Assembly (NCBI GenBank): GCA_030704615.1 | Contig: CM060732.1 | Coordinates: forward strand, 53,010,001-53,074,000 | Reading direction: 5' to 3' | Source of the DNA: Takakia lepidozioides | Taxonomy: Eukaryota; Plantae; Bryophyta | DNA length: 64,000 bases | Shown here: positions 1 to 13,849 of the stretch, one piece after another | Layout of the letters: each line of letters opens with the position of its first letter | How positions within the stretch are numbered: position 1 is the stretch's first letter | Translations under genes and position numbers: made by a program | Notes under the pieces: generated by a model | What the model saw: the letters and a program-made list of their open reading frames with translations, nothing else | Told to the model about the DNA's origin: nothing | Databases searched by the model: none

Positions 1-2470
1 CACATCTCCCGGCGCTTTACCTACAGATTCAATATTCCGTTGTGGCCATTTAGATTTCAAGACAGATTGAAAAGTAGACAAACTGTCAGTGAACACATGA
101 TGATCAACATTTTATCAGTTTTATTTACAGCATATTCTTAGCTTCAGACAAGATTTCCTTTGTAGAGTGAGACAGCCAGCTTGTCAGGAAAACACGCAAG
201 GCTCCCAGAGGAATACAAATTACATACCAGTGAGCAACTCGAGCAACACAATGCCAAAACTGTAGACATCTGATTTTGTTGTAGCCTTCTTCAGCTTGGT
301 CAGCTCCGGAGCACGGTAACCAAGAGACCCAGCTGTGGCAATGACATTTGAGTTTGCAGCAGGTGTCATAAGGCGTGCTAGTCCAAAGTCTGAGATGCGG
401 GCACTGACGACAGGCAGAGCCGAGGCATCCAGCAGAATGTTGGAGGCTGTAAGGTTGCCATGGATGATGTGTTCCACTGCATGCAGCTGCAACAGCCCAC
501 GTGCAGCTCCTGCTGCTATCCTCATTCTTGTCTCCCAGTTTAGTGCTGTTTCCGGGCCTCTGGCTGCCATCCCAAGCCCCACCCACCTAATTCGTAAAAA
601 CGTTGCGCATAGAATAACAGATGTGACAAGCTGTCTCAACTGTGAAACTGCAAGATGTGCAGCAACTGTACCTAAGTCCAATTCTTACAGATAGACCAGC
701 TATCTGCTCAGTTAAAAGCCCTGTTTAAATGTTGCTGCACTACCGGAAGACATATGCTTGCATTCACATACTACAGCAAGGAAACCAGACACAAAGTAGG
801 GGTTTCACAACAGGGTATGAGTTACCACCATGAAGGAAAGCAGCCAAGCTTCCACCAGCCATGAAATCGTAGACCAGCAGTTTTTCGTCCTTAGGGCCCC
901 AGTAATAAGCGCGCAGAGCCAGTAGGTTGTGATGCCGAATCCTGCCCAGGGTGATCACTTCAATCTCAAATTCACGCTGGCTTTTAACAATACCCTCCCG
1001 CAACCGCTTAACTGCTATGTGGCGTCCATTCTCCAGCGTGGCTTTATACACAGTGCCGTATGTGCTCTTGCCCAGCACTTCGGCAGTAGCGCACAACAAG
1101 TCATCAGCACTGAACACCAGCGGGCCATCAAAATGCACCAGCTTTCCCCCAACCTCGCTTTCCACCTCTGGTGACTGCTCAGGCTTCGCCACACCTACGT
1201 TCCCTCTTCTGTCTTTTCGCCGCAGTAGGAGCACAAAAATGCACACAACTGCGATGCCAGCCAGCGCGCTTCCCAGCGCAACACAAATGATGGTCACAAG
1301 ACTCAGACTGCGCCGGTGACTGTGGTGTGCCGGGGGCGCTTGTATTGGAGATGAAGAAGGCGTGGGGGCAGGGGCAGGACTTGGGAGGGGACAAGAACCT
1401 AAGCCTTTGTACCCACACAGCCCAGCATTGTCCTCAAAAGAGCTGCTGTCAAATGTGTGTGGGAAGGTTGGAACAGGTCCGCTGAGATCATTGTACGAGA
1501 CGTTGAAACTTGTAAGGCTGACGAGTAGAGAGAAGGAAGCAGGAATGGAACCACTGAAGTTATTTTGCGACAAGTCGAGATAGGTCAGGCTTGACAAGTT
1601 TGCCAGCGCTGATGGGATACCGCCTGATATGTTGTTGCTGCCCACATTCAACACCTGCAAGCTGCGCACACTTCCTAGGGCCGAGGGGAGAGAGCCTACC
1701 AGCTCATTGTGTGCAAGATTGAGGTCAGTGAGTAAAGAGAGGTTGCCAAGCCCAGTGGGTACGCTGCCTGATATGATATTCCTGCTTACGTCCAGCTGCT
1801 GCAACTTCGACGGGGCTGCCCAATTGGCAGGCAAGTTCCCTGTCAGCTTGTTATTAGCCAAACTCACATTGGTAAATGCCCTACTGCTGGCCCATTCCGC
1901 TGGGAACGGGCCACTCAAGTTATTGAAGCTGAGGTTGATGCGGGCCAGCTTAGCAGCACTACCAAGGTCAGGAGGAAGCCTCCCTGTCAAACGATTCTTG
2001 CTTAAATCCAGAGTTTGCAAGATGGGCAAGCTGCCCAACCCACTGGGCAGCGACCCCGACAGTTGGTTTTGGAACAAGGTAACCCCTCGCAAACTCTGCA
2101 TGTTTACAATCGTGGCCGGGAGTGCGCCAGTCAGAGCATTGCTGTGCAGATTAAGCTTGCGCAAACTCGTAAGCTGCCCCACCTCCTCTGCCAGTGTGCC
2201 ACCCAACCCCTTCCCAGCCAGCGCAACCACAATCACCTGCCCCTTCACGCACTTGATCCCCACCCATGTTCCGCTGCAAACTCCTATCCCACTCGCATTC
2301 CAGCTCTGTAACGCATTCCTGGGATCCTGAAAAGCCTGTTTCATCTTAAGCAAAGCATTCATATCCTGCGGTGTGGCCGGAACTCCGTCCGGCTGCTGCC
2401 CTTGTATACCAGTCATCTGCATATGCCACAACACCAACCACCACCACCATCTTCCCCTCTTCTGCACCAT
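1..2470 (-). CDS. IMK2: LRR-III receptor-like kinase, IMK2/IMK3-like (3' end outside the window)
   Basis: ATG at 2470. Exons approx. 2470-829, 563-228 and 20-<1 with GT/AG junctions. Signal peptide, LRRNT ([19 protein letters not shown]), about ten plant LRRs, TM helix, then [70 protein letters not shown] and [19 protein letters not shown], all characteristic of the IMK2/IMK3 clade. Orthology to IMK2 versus IMK3 is not resolvable by eye. Confidence 0.92.
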
Positions 2471-3601
2471 TCCTCCCAATAAACCTACAAATCCTTCGCA
2501 TGAGGGAGGAAACCACCAAAACTCACCAAAACACTTGCTTTTGCAGCATTTTCTCTCTTCTATCCCCTTCCTTGCCCTCCTCTGAGCTCTCTCCGTCTCC
2601 CTCTCTCTCTCTTTCCTGCCTCCCTGTCCTTGCGAGGTGTGCGAGTGCAGAGTGTGGCAGAGCTGCAGACACAGACAGACATTGAAAGACTCTGTGCAGA
2701 CTGCGGAGCGAGGAAAGAGAGTCTAGAGAGAGCCGTTGGGACTGTCCTAATTAGGCGGACGCTATGACCGTTATTCGATTTACTGCTGCCACCTGGACCA
2801 ACGTTATGGGGCGCAACGGTCCTGCGCTCGCCAGTGTGAACGGGGCGGTTTGAGTCCCGCACTCGGTGGATGAAACCCTTGTTTCATTCATTATCTTCTG
2901 CTTCGTCTTTATGGCTCGTCATTCGTAGGACTAAGGAATTCCCTCCACGTGGATTTGAGGCCTACTTTACTATTCCCCATTAATGCGCTAGCCATTAATA
3001 GAACAGAATTTCGGTTACTGTCGGAAGCACCCTGCTGGCAACTTGGCTGTTGGCTGCTAACGGTTGGATTTCTCGATAGCTACCGGACCTGTTTCTGGTG
3101 ACAGTGTACTCTAGGGTGGATGGATGGCTCGCTGCTGAGATTTTGGACGATTTTCATCCATTCACATTATATATCACGAGAATGTTGAGAGACCCATGTA
3201 ACCTGTTTCCTTGTTTTCTTGGTTTTGTTTTTGTAAAAAAGGGGAACTTCAAGTGTTTTTATTTCTGAGGAATTTTCGTAATATTTCGAGGGCCACTCAC
3301 TGGTGTCCCCTGTTTGGTAAAAACAAATTAAAAAAAGAAATAAAATGGAATATTCTGTCGTAAATTCCCTGTTTTCTCATGGATGAAATCGCCAAACTTC
3401 TCCAAATAAAATATAAACTATAGATGAATTTTCCAAATATAGATGATATACATGGATGAAAGTACAGAGGAGGATGATTCTACCCAAATTTCAGTGGATG
3501 AACAGAAAATATGGCTATCTCTTGCAAAACTCAGTAGCCAATCCTGCCATTTTCCAAATTTCAAAGAAAAACACTTGGTTTCATTTCCTTTCTTCTTTTT
3601 T

Positions 3602-3872
3602 CTACACAGTGTCCAATGTCACCACCATCTCGCTGAGAGGATTGTACAGTGTACTGTAGACTGTATGACAATAAGTATGACAATAAGTAAAAGCATGGAA
3701 TGGGTGAATGATGGGAGACCCTGAAAATGTCTCTGTTTTTGTCTCTTGTTTTCTTGGTCTCATTTCTTCCTCATGTTCTACACAGTGTCCAATGTCACCA
3801 CCATCTCGCTGCGAGGATTGTTGTACTGTAGACTGTACAGTATGACAATGAGTAAAAGCATGAAATGTGTGA
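3602..3872 (+). repeat. Imperfect direct duplication, two copies of about 95 bp
   Basis: CTACACAGTGTCCAATGTCACCACCATCTCGCTG...GTATGACAAT..GTAAAAGCATG occurs at about 3602-3700 and about 3778-3872. Confidence 0.85.
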
Positions 3873-5344
3873 ATGCTGCACAGAGAGACATGCATCAAAT
3901 TTATGGTGTGGGTTATGAGCGATGGTGATGTGTTGTTCACAAATCACCACGTTTGCAGGGTGCACTCGATCACAGTCGACAAGAGGACAGAAGCGGCACT
4001 ACAGTGTCAGAGCAATCATGGGGTTCCTGTCATTCGATCACACTAAACTCAGGGATTATTATGGTAAGTATCACAGGGTCAGTGTGCACAAGTTGACTTG
4101 CTTGATCTCTTTCACAGAAACAACAGCAACACAAAATCGAAAGCTGAAAAACTGTCATAAGGCCATGTGCACACAGAATCGTCTTGTTCCTCTGCCTATG
4201 TGCCCAACGTGTGGAGCGCGTACACATATTTCCAAGTCTGTTTATATATGTTTTGAGGTACCTGACTGGCTTTGTCAACAGACAAGAGCAGAGGTGAATT
4301 TGAGAGTCTATGGGGCCCACGAGTCTGCTGGAAAAAGCATGGGAACTGTGTTGGACCAAATCTGAGTCATTGAAGCAGGACTAAAATGTCGGTTTTTTTA
4401 TTAGATAGAAGTATGGGCACAACCCACACCCCCTATTTTACAGGAGGCTGCGAGAATGAGGATGTTGACTGAAAGTAGCGATATTTGTGGATAGAGGTCT
4501 CTTCTCTCTCGAAAAGAATGGTAAACGGCAGGGAGGGGAAGGGAGGGTGGCAGAAAAATCATGGAGGACGTTAGGTACTGCCATGGCAGCGGAGCTATGG
4601 CGGCGCTCACCTGTGCGCCCTCTTCTCTCCTGCCCCCATGGCTGCCAACACAGGACCCGCCAGAAGAGTGGGTCCCCGCAAGCATGTGTGTCCAGCCTTT
4701 GAGGGGGCCCTTGCCCCGCCCCTAGCTATGTGATCTTCGCTTTGCGATAGGCCATCTCCTTTCCAGGGCTTGATAGTCGCCGCATGCTAGGAAACTGTGT
4801 CTGTTGGTCGGGAGTTGAAGTTGGGGGCGGTTCGTGTTGTTGCAACTCGCTGCATTTGCTTTTTAAACATGTGAGTGCACTGTCGAATTGTGGACTCGTT
4901 GTGCCTTTGTGTTTCATTGATCGATGGTCTGATGGTTGCTCGTGCGTGGGAGTGCAGTGGTTGAGGTGATTGAGCCCTCTCGGCACATAAACGAAGGTGG
5001 AGAAATTACTGTTGAGAAGAGGAGGAGTAGGACTCTAGCATCTGTAGATTTGGATCGTTCGTTTGGTTTGATTTGTTTGCCGAAACTCGGTCTATTTAGG
5101 CGGTGGATAATTTGCAGCAGGAGTGTCAGTTGTCATCGGTCTGGCCGAGATTGCAACCAGCAAAAGCACTAGCCGGACAATGCTCCCCCTTCTCACTATT
5201 TTTTTGTTCTCCTCTCTATGCTTATCAATGGTATCTCACTTATCATCGAATCTAAGCAGCTGAAGGGTCTTGCAGATATTGATGGGACGTTTCTAGAACG
5301 CTCCAGTGAGCAGGGACGAGCGGCGAGCATATTATCAAGTGGCG

Positions 5345-7366
5345 ATGCAGGCTCCAGAGGCAGTATCTGCAGGGCAGTGGGATGTAAATGCTCCTCTGTG
5401 CGTGTCAGTGCGTCGCCTCGCCTCCTTCTGCATCGAAAAAGAGAGTTTGGGGTCCACCATGGAAGGCAAGCCGTCAGTCACGAATTTGCAAAATACAAGT
5501 TGTAGTACCAGCCTTGGACAGCAATTTTTCAGCAGTTGCAACAGTGAGGAACAGGTGTTTGTAGATGCTGGAGTGCCTCGCTGGGAGGGGGACCAGAGGT
5601 CTTGTCCGCCTGCCATCAAAGATAACCTCTCACTTGTTGTCAAACCCAGTCTCTCCTCTGTCGAAATGCCTCATCTGAATGGAAGAAATGGAAGCCGTCA
5701 TGAGCCTCAAGTTACCCAGCTACCGTATGGTGATCCTGGGGAAAACTACTCAGACGACTCCCATTCTGACAATGGGATTCCTTTGACAGCCACTAATGGC
5801 TGTCAGATCTCCCAATCCAAAGTCCACAATATCGAAGCAATATGCCCAGTGGAGGAGGGGTCAACATATTCGGATGCCGCGGATACGTTTGTCCAGACTG
5901 AAGCATACTGGTCTACGTGCGGGGTAAGGATATGCAGCGCGGCGGAGGACCAGGACCAGCTAGTAAGCCACACTGATCCAAACGCCCGTGACTTCATCAT
6001 GCGCCGCTTCTTACCTGCTGCGCAAGCCATGGCCATGGAGTCGTCCCAGCCTTCTGACCATAGACATCTGCATTATGCGGAACCCAGTCGGAAGGTGTCC
6101 ATCTTGTCAATTCCGCTCTCAACAAGGTTTGCAAACGAAGTGCAGGAAGGGGTTAATAGTGGTGCCAAGGCAACAGGGGATACATCCATGAAGGCATGTG
6201 GCATCCCCTTGAGATTGGGTGGCACATTCCGCAGGTTAAAATCCAGGTTCCAGACCACTAGATCTAGAAGGAAAAGCCAAAGTAATCGGAAAATAACAGA
6301 CGAAGACTCGGAGGAGTTTTGGTCTGGTGAGGTGAGCCTTTCTGCATCATCAGTTGTTTGACTAGGTTTGTCCCAAGATTTGTCTTCCACTTTAAGGCCG
6401 CAATTTTGTGTGCTGCAGTGCCCCAATGAGCAGGCTTTACTCTTTAAAGAATGTGACACGTGTCTGCAATATGACTGGCACACATTTTAAAGGAGACCTG
6501 GGTAAAGTGTTGATATCTTACCGTGAGTCTGCTGATTCCAGGAAAACTTTGAGAATGAGGAGAATAAGAACTATCAAAATGGAGGATCTGGACGTTTGAT
6601 GAAAAATCTGGAGGGACTTGCCAAACCCAACAGTGGATCACAGAAGAATTCAATACACGTTGGAGAGACAAGACAGGGTGGTGTGGCAGATGGGTTTGTG
6701 CAGATGCGACCTGGGGGGTTCCGGAAACATTCCTCACAAACATTTTCTATGCCAGAAGGGAAGGGGTTCTTAGGTATGCCAAAAATCTCTGAGCTTAAAG
6801 ATTCATCCAAAGGGGAAGTCGAGGTTAAACAACTGGATAGACTGGGTGCCAGGCTCACACACCTGCTTAGTAAATCCAACTATGTGGAACCTCGCAATCC
6901 ACGAGCAGGCGACATTGATGAAGCCGACGCTCACATGTCCAGAGACAGTCAACTTCCTGCCACAGGGTCTGTAGAGGTAATGCCGGATGAGCCATCTGGG
7001 CCAGTTGTTGTGGAATCCAGCAATGAAGACACCATGAGTGCAGGCTCATTTCCAAAGGGTTGGCCTTTGGCCAGAGGGTACTCAGGCTTGCCTCATGCTT
7101 CCTCTATAACCTCCACCTCACCAGTTGAATCGCCCACTTCCGCACTAGCCCAAGGGAGAGTTTCGGTAGAAAAAGACTCATCGTTCAGTGGGCTGCCTCC
7201 TCCCCTTCCCAAGTCTCCATCTGAATCATGGCTATTGCATGCCGTCCCTTCCACCCAATCTGTTAAGCTGAGGACAATCTCTTCTGCAAAGCCACTGGAG
7301 AGCTTACCCTCGAAAGAACAGGACCCTACATGGGAGGCACGGGCGCTGCAGTCACTTGAGGTGTGA
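5345..7366 (+). CDS. Plant DUF688-family protein
   Basis: ORFs 5306-6361 and 6596-7366 join in frame through a phase-0 intron 6332-6541 (GTGAGC...TTCCAG). Family-type motifs: WDVNAPLCVSVRR, DPNARDFIMRRFLPAAQAMA, PPPLPKSPSESWL. Start (ATG 5345) and last exon are uncertain; there is a possible donor at 7361. Confidence 0.75.
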
Positions 7367-8104
7367 ACCCTTGCATGGTTCCGTACTTTTAATGTCGGTC
7401 AGCTAGCATGTCAAACGTGGTTGCAATGTCTGTTGTGTGAGAAGTGTTTACAATGAAATCATTCACAGCTTGAATACCACAGTTAGGTTCTTGCAGGACT
7501 TATCAACAATGGTATTTTTCATAATTAGTTTCTCAAAGAAGAGGATAGGCTTCTTGAAATTCAGGGATCTACCTTACCAGGGTTGGGGTCTTGGTACCTG
7601 ATGTATTGTGTAAAAAATGTGAAGGTTAGAGTGGCACCGGAAAAGGAACCTCTCCTTAGGAAGGTGACAACATCTGGAAAGATGTGGACTCCAGGAGAAA
7701 TGCGTAGTGGCACAGAGAAGTGCGTGATGGACGTGTCTACTACTTATGGACCACAATGTAGCAAATAGTAGGTTTAACCATAAGAAAGTGGTACAGTGTT
7801 ATTGCAGCAGATGTCTGACTGTGTAGTGCATTGTGTATGGGCTGCAGTCAGCTACCACTGCGACTGGCTGGAACGTCTAGATGGTCCACCTCTGATTGCA
7901 TCAATTGGTGCCTACAATGATGCAGCTGTACAACCCTTGGCTGTAGAAAGAAGTGTTAAGTGCTCAAGGAGTGTGGACATACGGGTAAGAAGAGAGATCA
8001 CCGTATTACATGGTGCACAAATGTGTTCATCATCTACCCTACCCAAAGCAGTCCTATCATGACATCGAGAGGAAAGATATTTGTTTTCCAGTACAATGTT
8101 ATAC

Positions 8105-8262
8105 ATATATGCCCAGATACATAGTCATTACGCCTCCCCTCCTTGGGGGTCTATCCCATTAGAATTCTGAATTCATTCCAACCAGCAACCCAGCAACCCA
8201 TATTTGTATGTATATGCCCAGATACTTAGTCTTTAGTCCTTCCCTCCTGGGGGTCTATCCCG
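8105..8262 (+). repeat. Short imperfect direct duplication (about 55 bp)
   Basis: TATATGCCCAGATAC.TAGTC...CCT.CC.TCC.GGGGGTCTATCCC at about 8105-8158 and about 8210-8261. Confidence 0.75.
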
Positions 8263-11200
8263 TTGAGCATTCCGAAATCGTACAAGCCAGCAACTCTATT
8301 TGTATGTTTAAAGACTTGGGTGGGTGGTGAAGATCTTTTTTCTGAAGAAAGGTCAGCTCTTGACCAGTCTAATGCAGCCATCTACTTTGAACATCAGACC
8401 TATCTATATGTATTAAGACTTGGCAGGGCAGTGAAGGTCTCTGAGCACTTGTGCAAAGAAAGGCCAGCTTCCAACTTTACAGGGGCCCACAGACTTTGAC
8501 CAGCAGTCAGTTTCCAAATACAGATATATAGACTTCAAGCATGATTTCTCCAACTGAGACCTGTATATATTAAGAGTATACGAGCTGTATGACTGCTCTT
8601 TCCTGCTGCTGTTTTCTGTTAGATATCTTCTATAGGAACATTGCTCACTATGAAGAAGAGCTCATGACTACAGCTTTGAATTGGCAATGAGAGAAATTAG
8701 TTTCAACATCACTTTGAGTTGTGATACCTGATGCAGCTTTGCTCATATGTTAGTAAATTATCCATCAGGTCAAGGTTGAGTTCAGAGAGTGCAATGATTT
8801 GAACTAGAGATATCTTGTGTCAGTTGTAGTTGTGAAGGTTGTCATTGTAAGGCTGTCTTTGAATTTGAGATCTGGATAGCTTTTGTTCCAGATTTTCCTT
8901 TGGAAGAAGATTTCGGCTAAGTTGTGCAATCCTTCTTAACTGTGACATTGGGGTTTCTTCAACCAATCATAACATGCACCGCACTGGATGATATCTAAAA
9001 TAATCTAGGTAATTTTGAGACATTTAAGAAGATTATAGGCTACCTAACAAGGTAGGAGGGCCTGAACCTAAATTCACCTTGGTGGCACCCACACTCTCCA
9101 ATTGAGCTGCCATCTCCTGGTGATCTGCACCATTTTTATTGGCTCCTATTTATTCTAAAGAGGAGACCATGCATCACTGCCAAAAACCCCTAAGTCCCTG
9201 TTGTGCCTTTCCCAGGTGTCACCTCCTCTCCTAGGCTGAAAACTACTTCCATGATGTGCCTTGTCCAGATAACACCTTCCTTAGGTAACATTTTTGTTAT
9301 TGAACAACTTATGAAAATTAAGTGGATGAATTCTCGAGTTTAGTATCGATGAAAGGAGATTCCACTATTCACAAAGAGGAGCCATACTCCACTAGCCGCT
9401 TGTTACTAAGGAAATTCAGGTAACACCTAAAACCGTCGCCTATAAAAGCCCCCCATTTAGCATTGCAAATCAGTCAGATATGTAGACATCATTGGATGAA
9501 GAATCATATATGGATGACGGGAATGGGTGAGTGTGCTGATGGTAATGGGTGAGTCTGCTGACGTGAATAGATGAGTATACTAGAGTGAAAAGGTGTGTCT
9601 ATTTCTAACCAGGTAAAAATTCATAACTGCTTCGTAACTACTCCAAAAATTAAGAAACAACTTGGGATAGGTTTGAAATTGCCCATATAGGAAAAAAATC
9701 CATTGTAAGGAAATTTAACACCTTTTTAGGTGTATTTCTTATTCATGCGGTTTTGGGTGAGGTTACCTTGGGGGGGGGGGGGGGGGGGGGAAAGCATTTT
9801 TTGCCAAATTCAGACATGGGTCTAGGTAGCCACAGGCTTGTTAGAGCTCAGAATGGCTCCACACACGCATTAATACATAGAATCTTAATTTTCCTATTGT
9901 TTAGTACATAACCACCGTACATCCCTCATCAACGAGGTGAGCATAGTTTCCAACATTTAGCCCAGTGATAAGTGGTAATTAGGGCGTATAGCCTACCATG
10001 GATAAGTGTTACACCTGGGGGGATTGGTATGGCGTGAGCATTAAAAAGAACGCCGCGGGAGTAGCATCCACGGTTATGCCATCAGAAATACATATAATAG
10101 ATGGACATAGGGTCTCGTTGATAAGGTCTACATGGTGTCTAAATATTATTTTTAAACATATAGAAGGAACTTGAAAGAGAGAAACATTTTTTATTTTTTT
10201 TTAAACCAATTTCAACAACACCCAAGTTTCGCTGGCGAAATCCAAGTTCGCGGGCAAAAACCCAAGATGTATTTGCGTTTCGCTGGCGAAATCCATTTTT
10301 TTTGTGTGATGTTCCACACACAATGTTTTACCAAATGCCGCAAATGCCACATTGTTACGTTCGATGACCTTTGAGTTCTGGCAGATGTATTTGTGGGTCT
10401 TTGTGCTCACGTGAGTTAAGCTTTGGACGATTAATTTCATAAGTTTTTTCGCGTGAACACATTTTGGTTTCGTTATCTCATATTCTCCGGATTCTTGTGG
10501 AATATGCAAAATATTCCTCTGTGCTCGCGTGAGCCTACTCACACGCTACCCAACCTCCACATGGGGAGTATCTAAAATGTAACACTTCCACGGATCTAAA
10601 TAGATGTGTGAGAGAGAGAGATTTCAAAATATAACACTTGGAATGTATCTCTTATCCAAGCCATAGCATGCAAATTGTAACATTTACAAAATAGAGCAAC
10701 TTTATTCACATGAAATACACTGGAATCATTTGCACAAAAATAAGAATCTAATGTTTATTTATCTACTATGATTTAGTTGCCCCAAGCTAGGTGGAATGAT
10801 TAATGAGCCACCAATATGATGGTTTGTTGAAGAACCCAAAAAATAACACTTATAAGGGGTAGTACACTTTTCATAACACATAACACAAACATTTTCCCTT
10901 TGTAAACCGCTGTAAGCAACTTCACTAGCACTGTTGTGGCCTTTCAGGATTAAGAGTAATCATAATTTACTCTTGCTTCAACAAATGCGTCCACATTCAA
11001 TCTTAGCAGACTTACAGAGACGCCGTAGCTACGGCAAATGGCCAACAAACACAGGTGCGGCCACAACCTTACATGCCTAGATATTGGAGGAGTTGTTACT
11101 AAAGTAAAAACTTAAGAATTTCATATATAATATGTACCTTGAGAATGGAATGTGCTAGACACTATTTAGGACAATGGTCTTTATCACTCTTGTTGCAAGG

Positions 11201-11982
11201 TCAAGGACTAGTTCTAGGGAACCGGATTGGAATTGGGGTCTAGGGTTACTGCAGGAACTGGAATTGGCAGTTTGCGTTGGGCAGCATATGCATAGAACCT
11301 GGGGCTCTAATTCCTGCGTAGTGTCCTTAAACCCCTTTGTGGTCGTTGGCATAACCTCAAAAAAAGCAAGCCTCAAACAAGAATGGGCTCTCTTACTTTG
11401 GCAAAACATAAGGAGGGAGATGAGACAACTACATAAGGGGCATGATTCAACACCAATTGGAGCCTTGACATGGTGTAAGGTCCTTTGACCACATTTTCTC
11501 CATGGACTTTCAACATGATGCCTAGTCTCTCTTCTACAAAAGAGAGCCAAAAAAAAAAAACACGTTGTCAAATGAAGCATAACTTATGGTGTCACTTGAC
11601 CTCAAGGGCTATTGTTTTTCAGTAGGAAAGTTAACACCATTATGATATCCAGCATGCGGTTTGAATTCACAACCAAGGTGGCTTGTGCCTTAGCACTAGG
11701 CTAAATGTTGGTTGTCCACATGTGTTGAGACTACCCTATGACAAAAGCTTTTCACATGTGTTTATGCTGTATGAGATCTTGGGTTCAATGTCCACAGAAT
11801 GAATTCATCAATCAAATTGAAATTTAAGAGATAACTCCATTGTATTTGTAGTCTCAAATTACACAATTTTATTTATATTCCGTAACAATCTGTTTTAGTA
11901 TATATAAGAGCTGTTTTTTACTTGAAATATCTGTAAATTCAATGTGCCAAATCAAACGTGAGGGAGTTCGCTTAATTCTCCA

Positions 11983-12450
11983 CTAGGGTAGCCTGTGTTG
12001 TTGGCCAAAGTGTCAAGTGTCATCTAAGCCCAAGTGCAATCTCCTATGTATGCAAGTGTGTCTCCTATGTCGAGGCCCAAGTGCGACCTCTAGGGTAGCC
12101 TCTGCCATTGGCCCAAGGGTCCAATGTCATCCAAGTCCAAATGCATTTTTTTTCCACAGAGCCCACGACCAGATTTGAACCGCAGACCTTTCCCTTGATA
12201 TCTCTCCTCTCGAGGCTCCCCAGGAATTCCCCCTTTGCTATTTTTTCGGGAATTTCCAACGGCCCAAAGTACTTGAAATTCCACATCTCCCACACCGCAA
12301 GTCCAAAAATCATGAGACTGCAGTGCACCCCTCCTCGTCGAGGGCTTTCCAATGGTACCAAGCACCAGGGCAGGGGCCTCGCGGTTGGGGACATCTCAAA
12401 TTTACAAAACAAACAAACAAAACAAACAAATGTCTCGCTTCATATATTGA
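11983..12450 (-). mobile_element. Non-autonomous Helitron (copy 1)
   Basis: On the minus strand it starts A|TCAATATATGAAGCGAGAC and ends ...GGCTACCCTAG|T (5'-TC, 3'-CTAG, A/T target, no TSD), with a subterminal GC hairpin-like segment. A closely similar copy lies at 63083-63726. Confidence 0.78.
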
Positions 12451-13849
12451 TATTGACCTATTCTACCTAACTTTGACCATGCTTTGGTTAATAAGCTCTA
12501 TGTTATGACACCTGGTCATAGGATTACGGGCCGTGGTTATTTTAAGCTTAATACCATCTATTCTTCAAATTCCGGCTTGTCTCAAGACCCTGAAACTATG
12601 CTGGACTTTGGCGGGTTCATCGGTCCTCTCCCCGATGTTGCGCTACCTTCAGAAACTGAGGTTTGTCATAATCTATGCCAATCTACCTCCAAAAACTCCA
12701 CGATGGCAAATCGTTGGATGACCTTGGATGAAAAAACTTTCTGAACGAAATTTGTGCATCTTGATGTCATGCGCCTGCCCGTCTTTATGGCACCCTAAAA
12801 ATAATGAAAGCCCTGCCGTCAGTAAATTTTTTAGTGTGCAAGGGTGCCCAAAATTGGTCGTCCAGCAGGTTTGACTTAGTGACGCGGCAGGCTGAAGGGG
12901 TGACAACAAGGCAAAAGTACAAATGGAAACAAATGCAAATCTCTGCCTGAATTTTGTTAGAATTCTGAATTTCTTTTTGGAGGTAGTAGTTCATCATTCA
13001 AGGAACACTTTCACCGCAACAATTGTGATTCAAAGGAAATTTCGACCCCCTAAGCCTGAATTACATGTCATTTGAGCTTCATGGTGTATTTTTGACCCCC
13101 CTGTTTTTCCATACAAAACAACCTTATCAAGATTTTAGAATTCTGCTTTGAAATTTTGGGGCAACATGCTTTAGGTGCCACATAATTGGAATCTAGATGG
13201 GGTCTTGCGAGGAAAAAATATTTTGTCGATCCAATTTCCTGGTCAAACCATTTTTCCACTCTAAATTTGGAGTGTACCCCAAATTTTGGGCTTGCAAATT
13301 TCTTATAATCTTCCAAACGACATGGTGGAATGAGCTGAAATTTTCACAGAAGCTGGATGAAGTACGTAGCCTCCCATTCATACGGTTCATCCCTGTGGAT
13401 GTTAGTTTCCTGAGAGATATACCCTCATCCGTGAGGGTATGTCCTGTTTTGGAGGGGGCCCATCAAAAACTGCCTCGTCCATTAGGGGTTAAGCATCGCC
13501 AAAACGTTCCGCGGAATCCATTTCACAGTTACTCTTCTCGTTGATTTCTCACCCTAAACAAATTAATTAAAAAAGAAACTGCAACCTTCTTCAGGACTCT
13601 GTTTGCCTCCCAACCCCCCCTCCCTCCCCCCCCCACATCTGGCTCACATGGCCAAAACAAGGGTACATGTATCCTCTTAGATCTCCTCTTCAGATGCCGA
13701 GAGCCTGAACACTGACCTCTCCCATAAAGAGCTCACTACGACTGTGGAACAATTGGGCAGAGATAAGGCCCCGGACTTGGATGGAATGCCACTTGAATTT
13801 TATTTGGTCATATGCGTTATAGCCATATCATAGATAAAATCAAGGCAAA

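Noticed and set aside
335-2330. Long plus-strand ORFs (335-694, 951-1319, 1629-2330)
   Set aside because: They are antisense shadows of the LRR-RLK coding sequence with no independent motifs.
9769-9790. Poly-G run of about 22 nt
   Set aside because: Simple homopolymer with no associated structure; its length may be unreliable.
11155-11580. Cys/His-containing ORF that might be a retroelement gag relic
   Set aside because: No convincing CCHC knuckle or neighbouring pol motifs could be read.
12065-12470. Conserved ORFs shared with 63367-63860
   Set aside because: The similarity reflects the repeated non-coding Helitron, not a protein family; frames differ between the copies.
12789-12849. GGCACCCT...AGGGTGCC inverted repeat as a micro-MITE
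   Set aside because: Only 8 bp of stem, no TSD and no second copy in the window.
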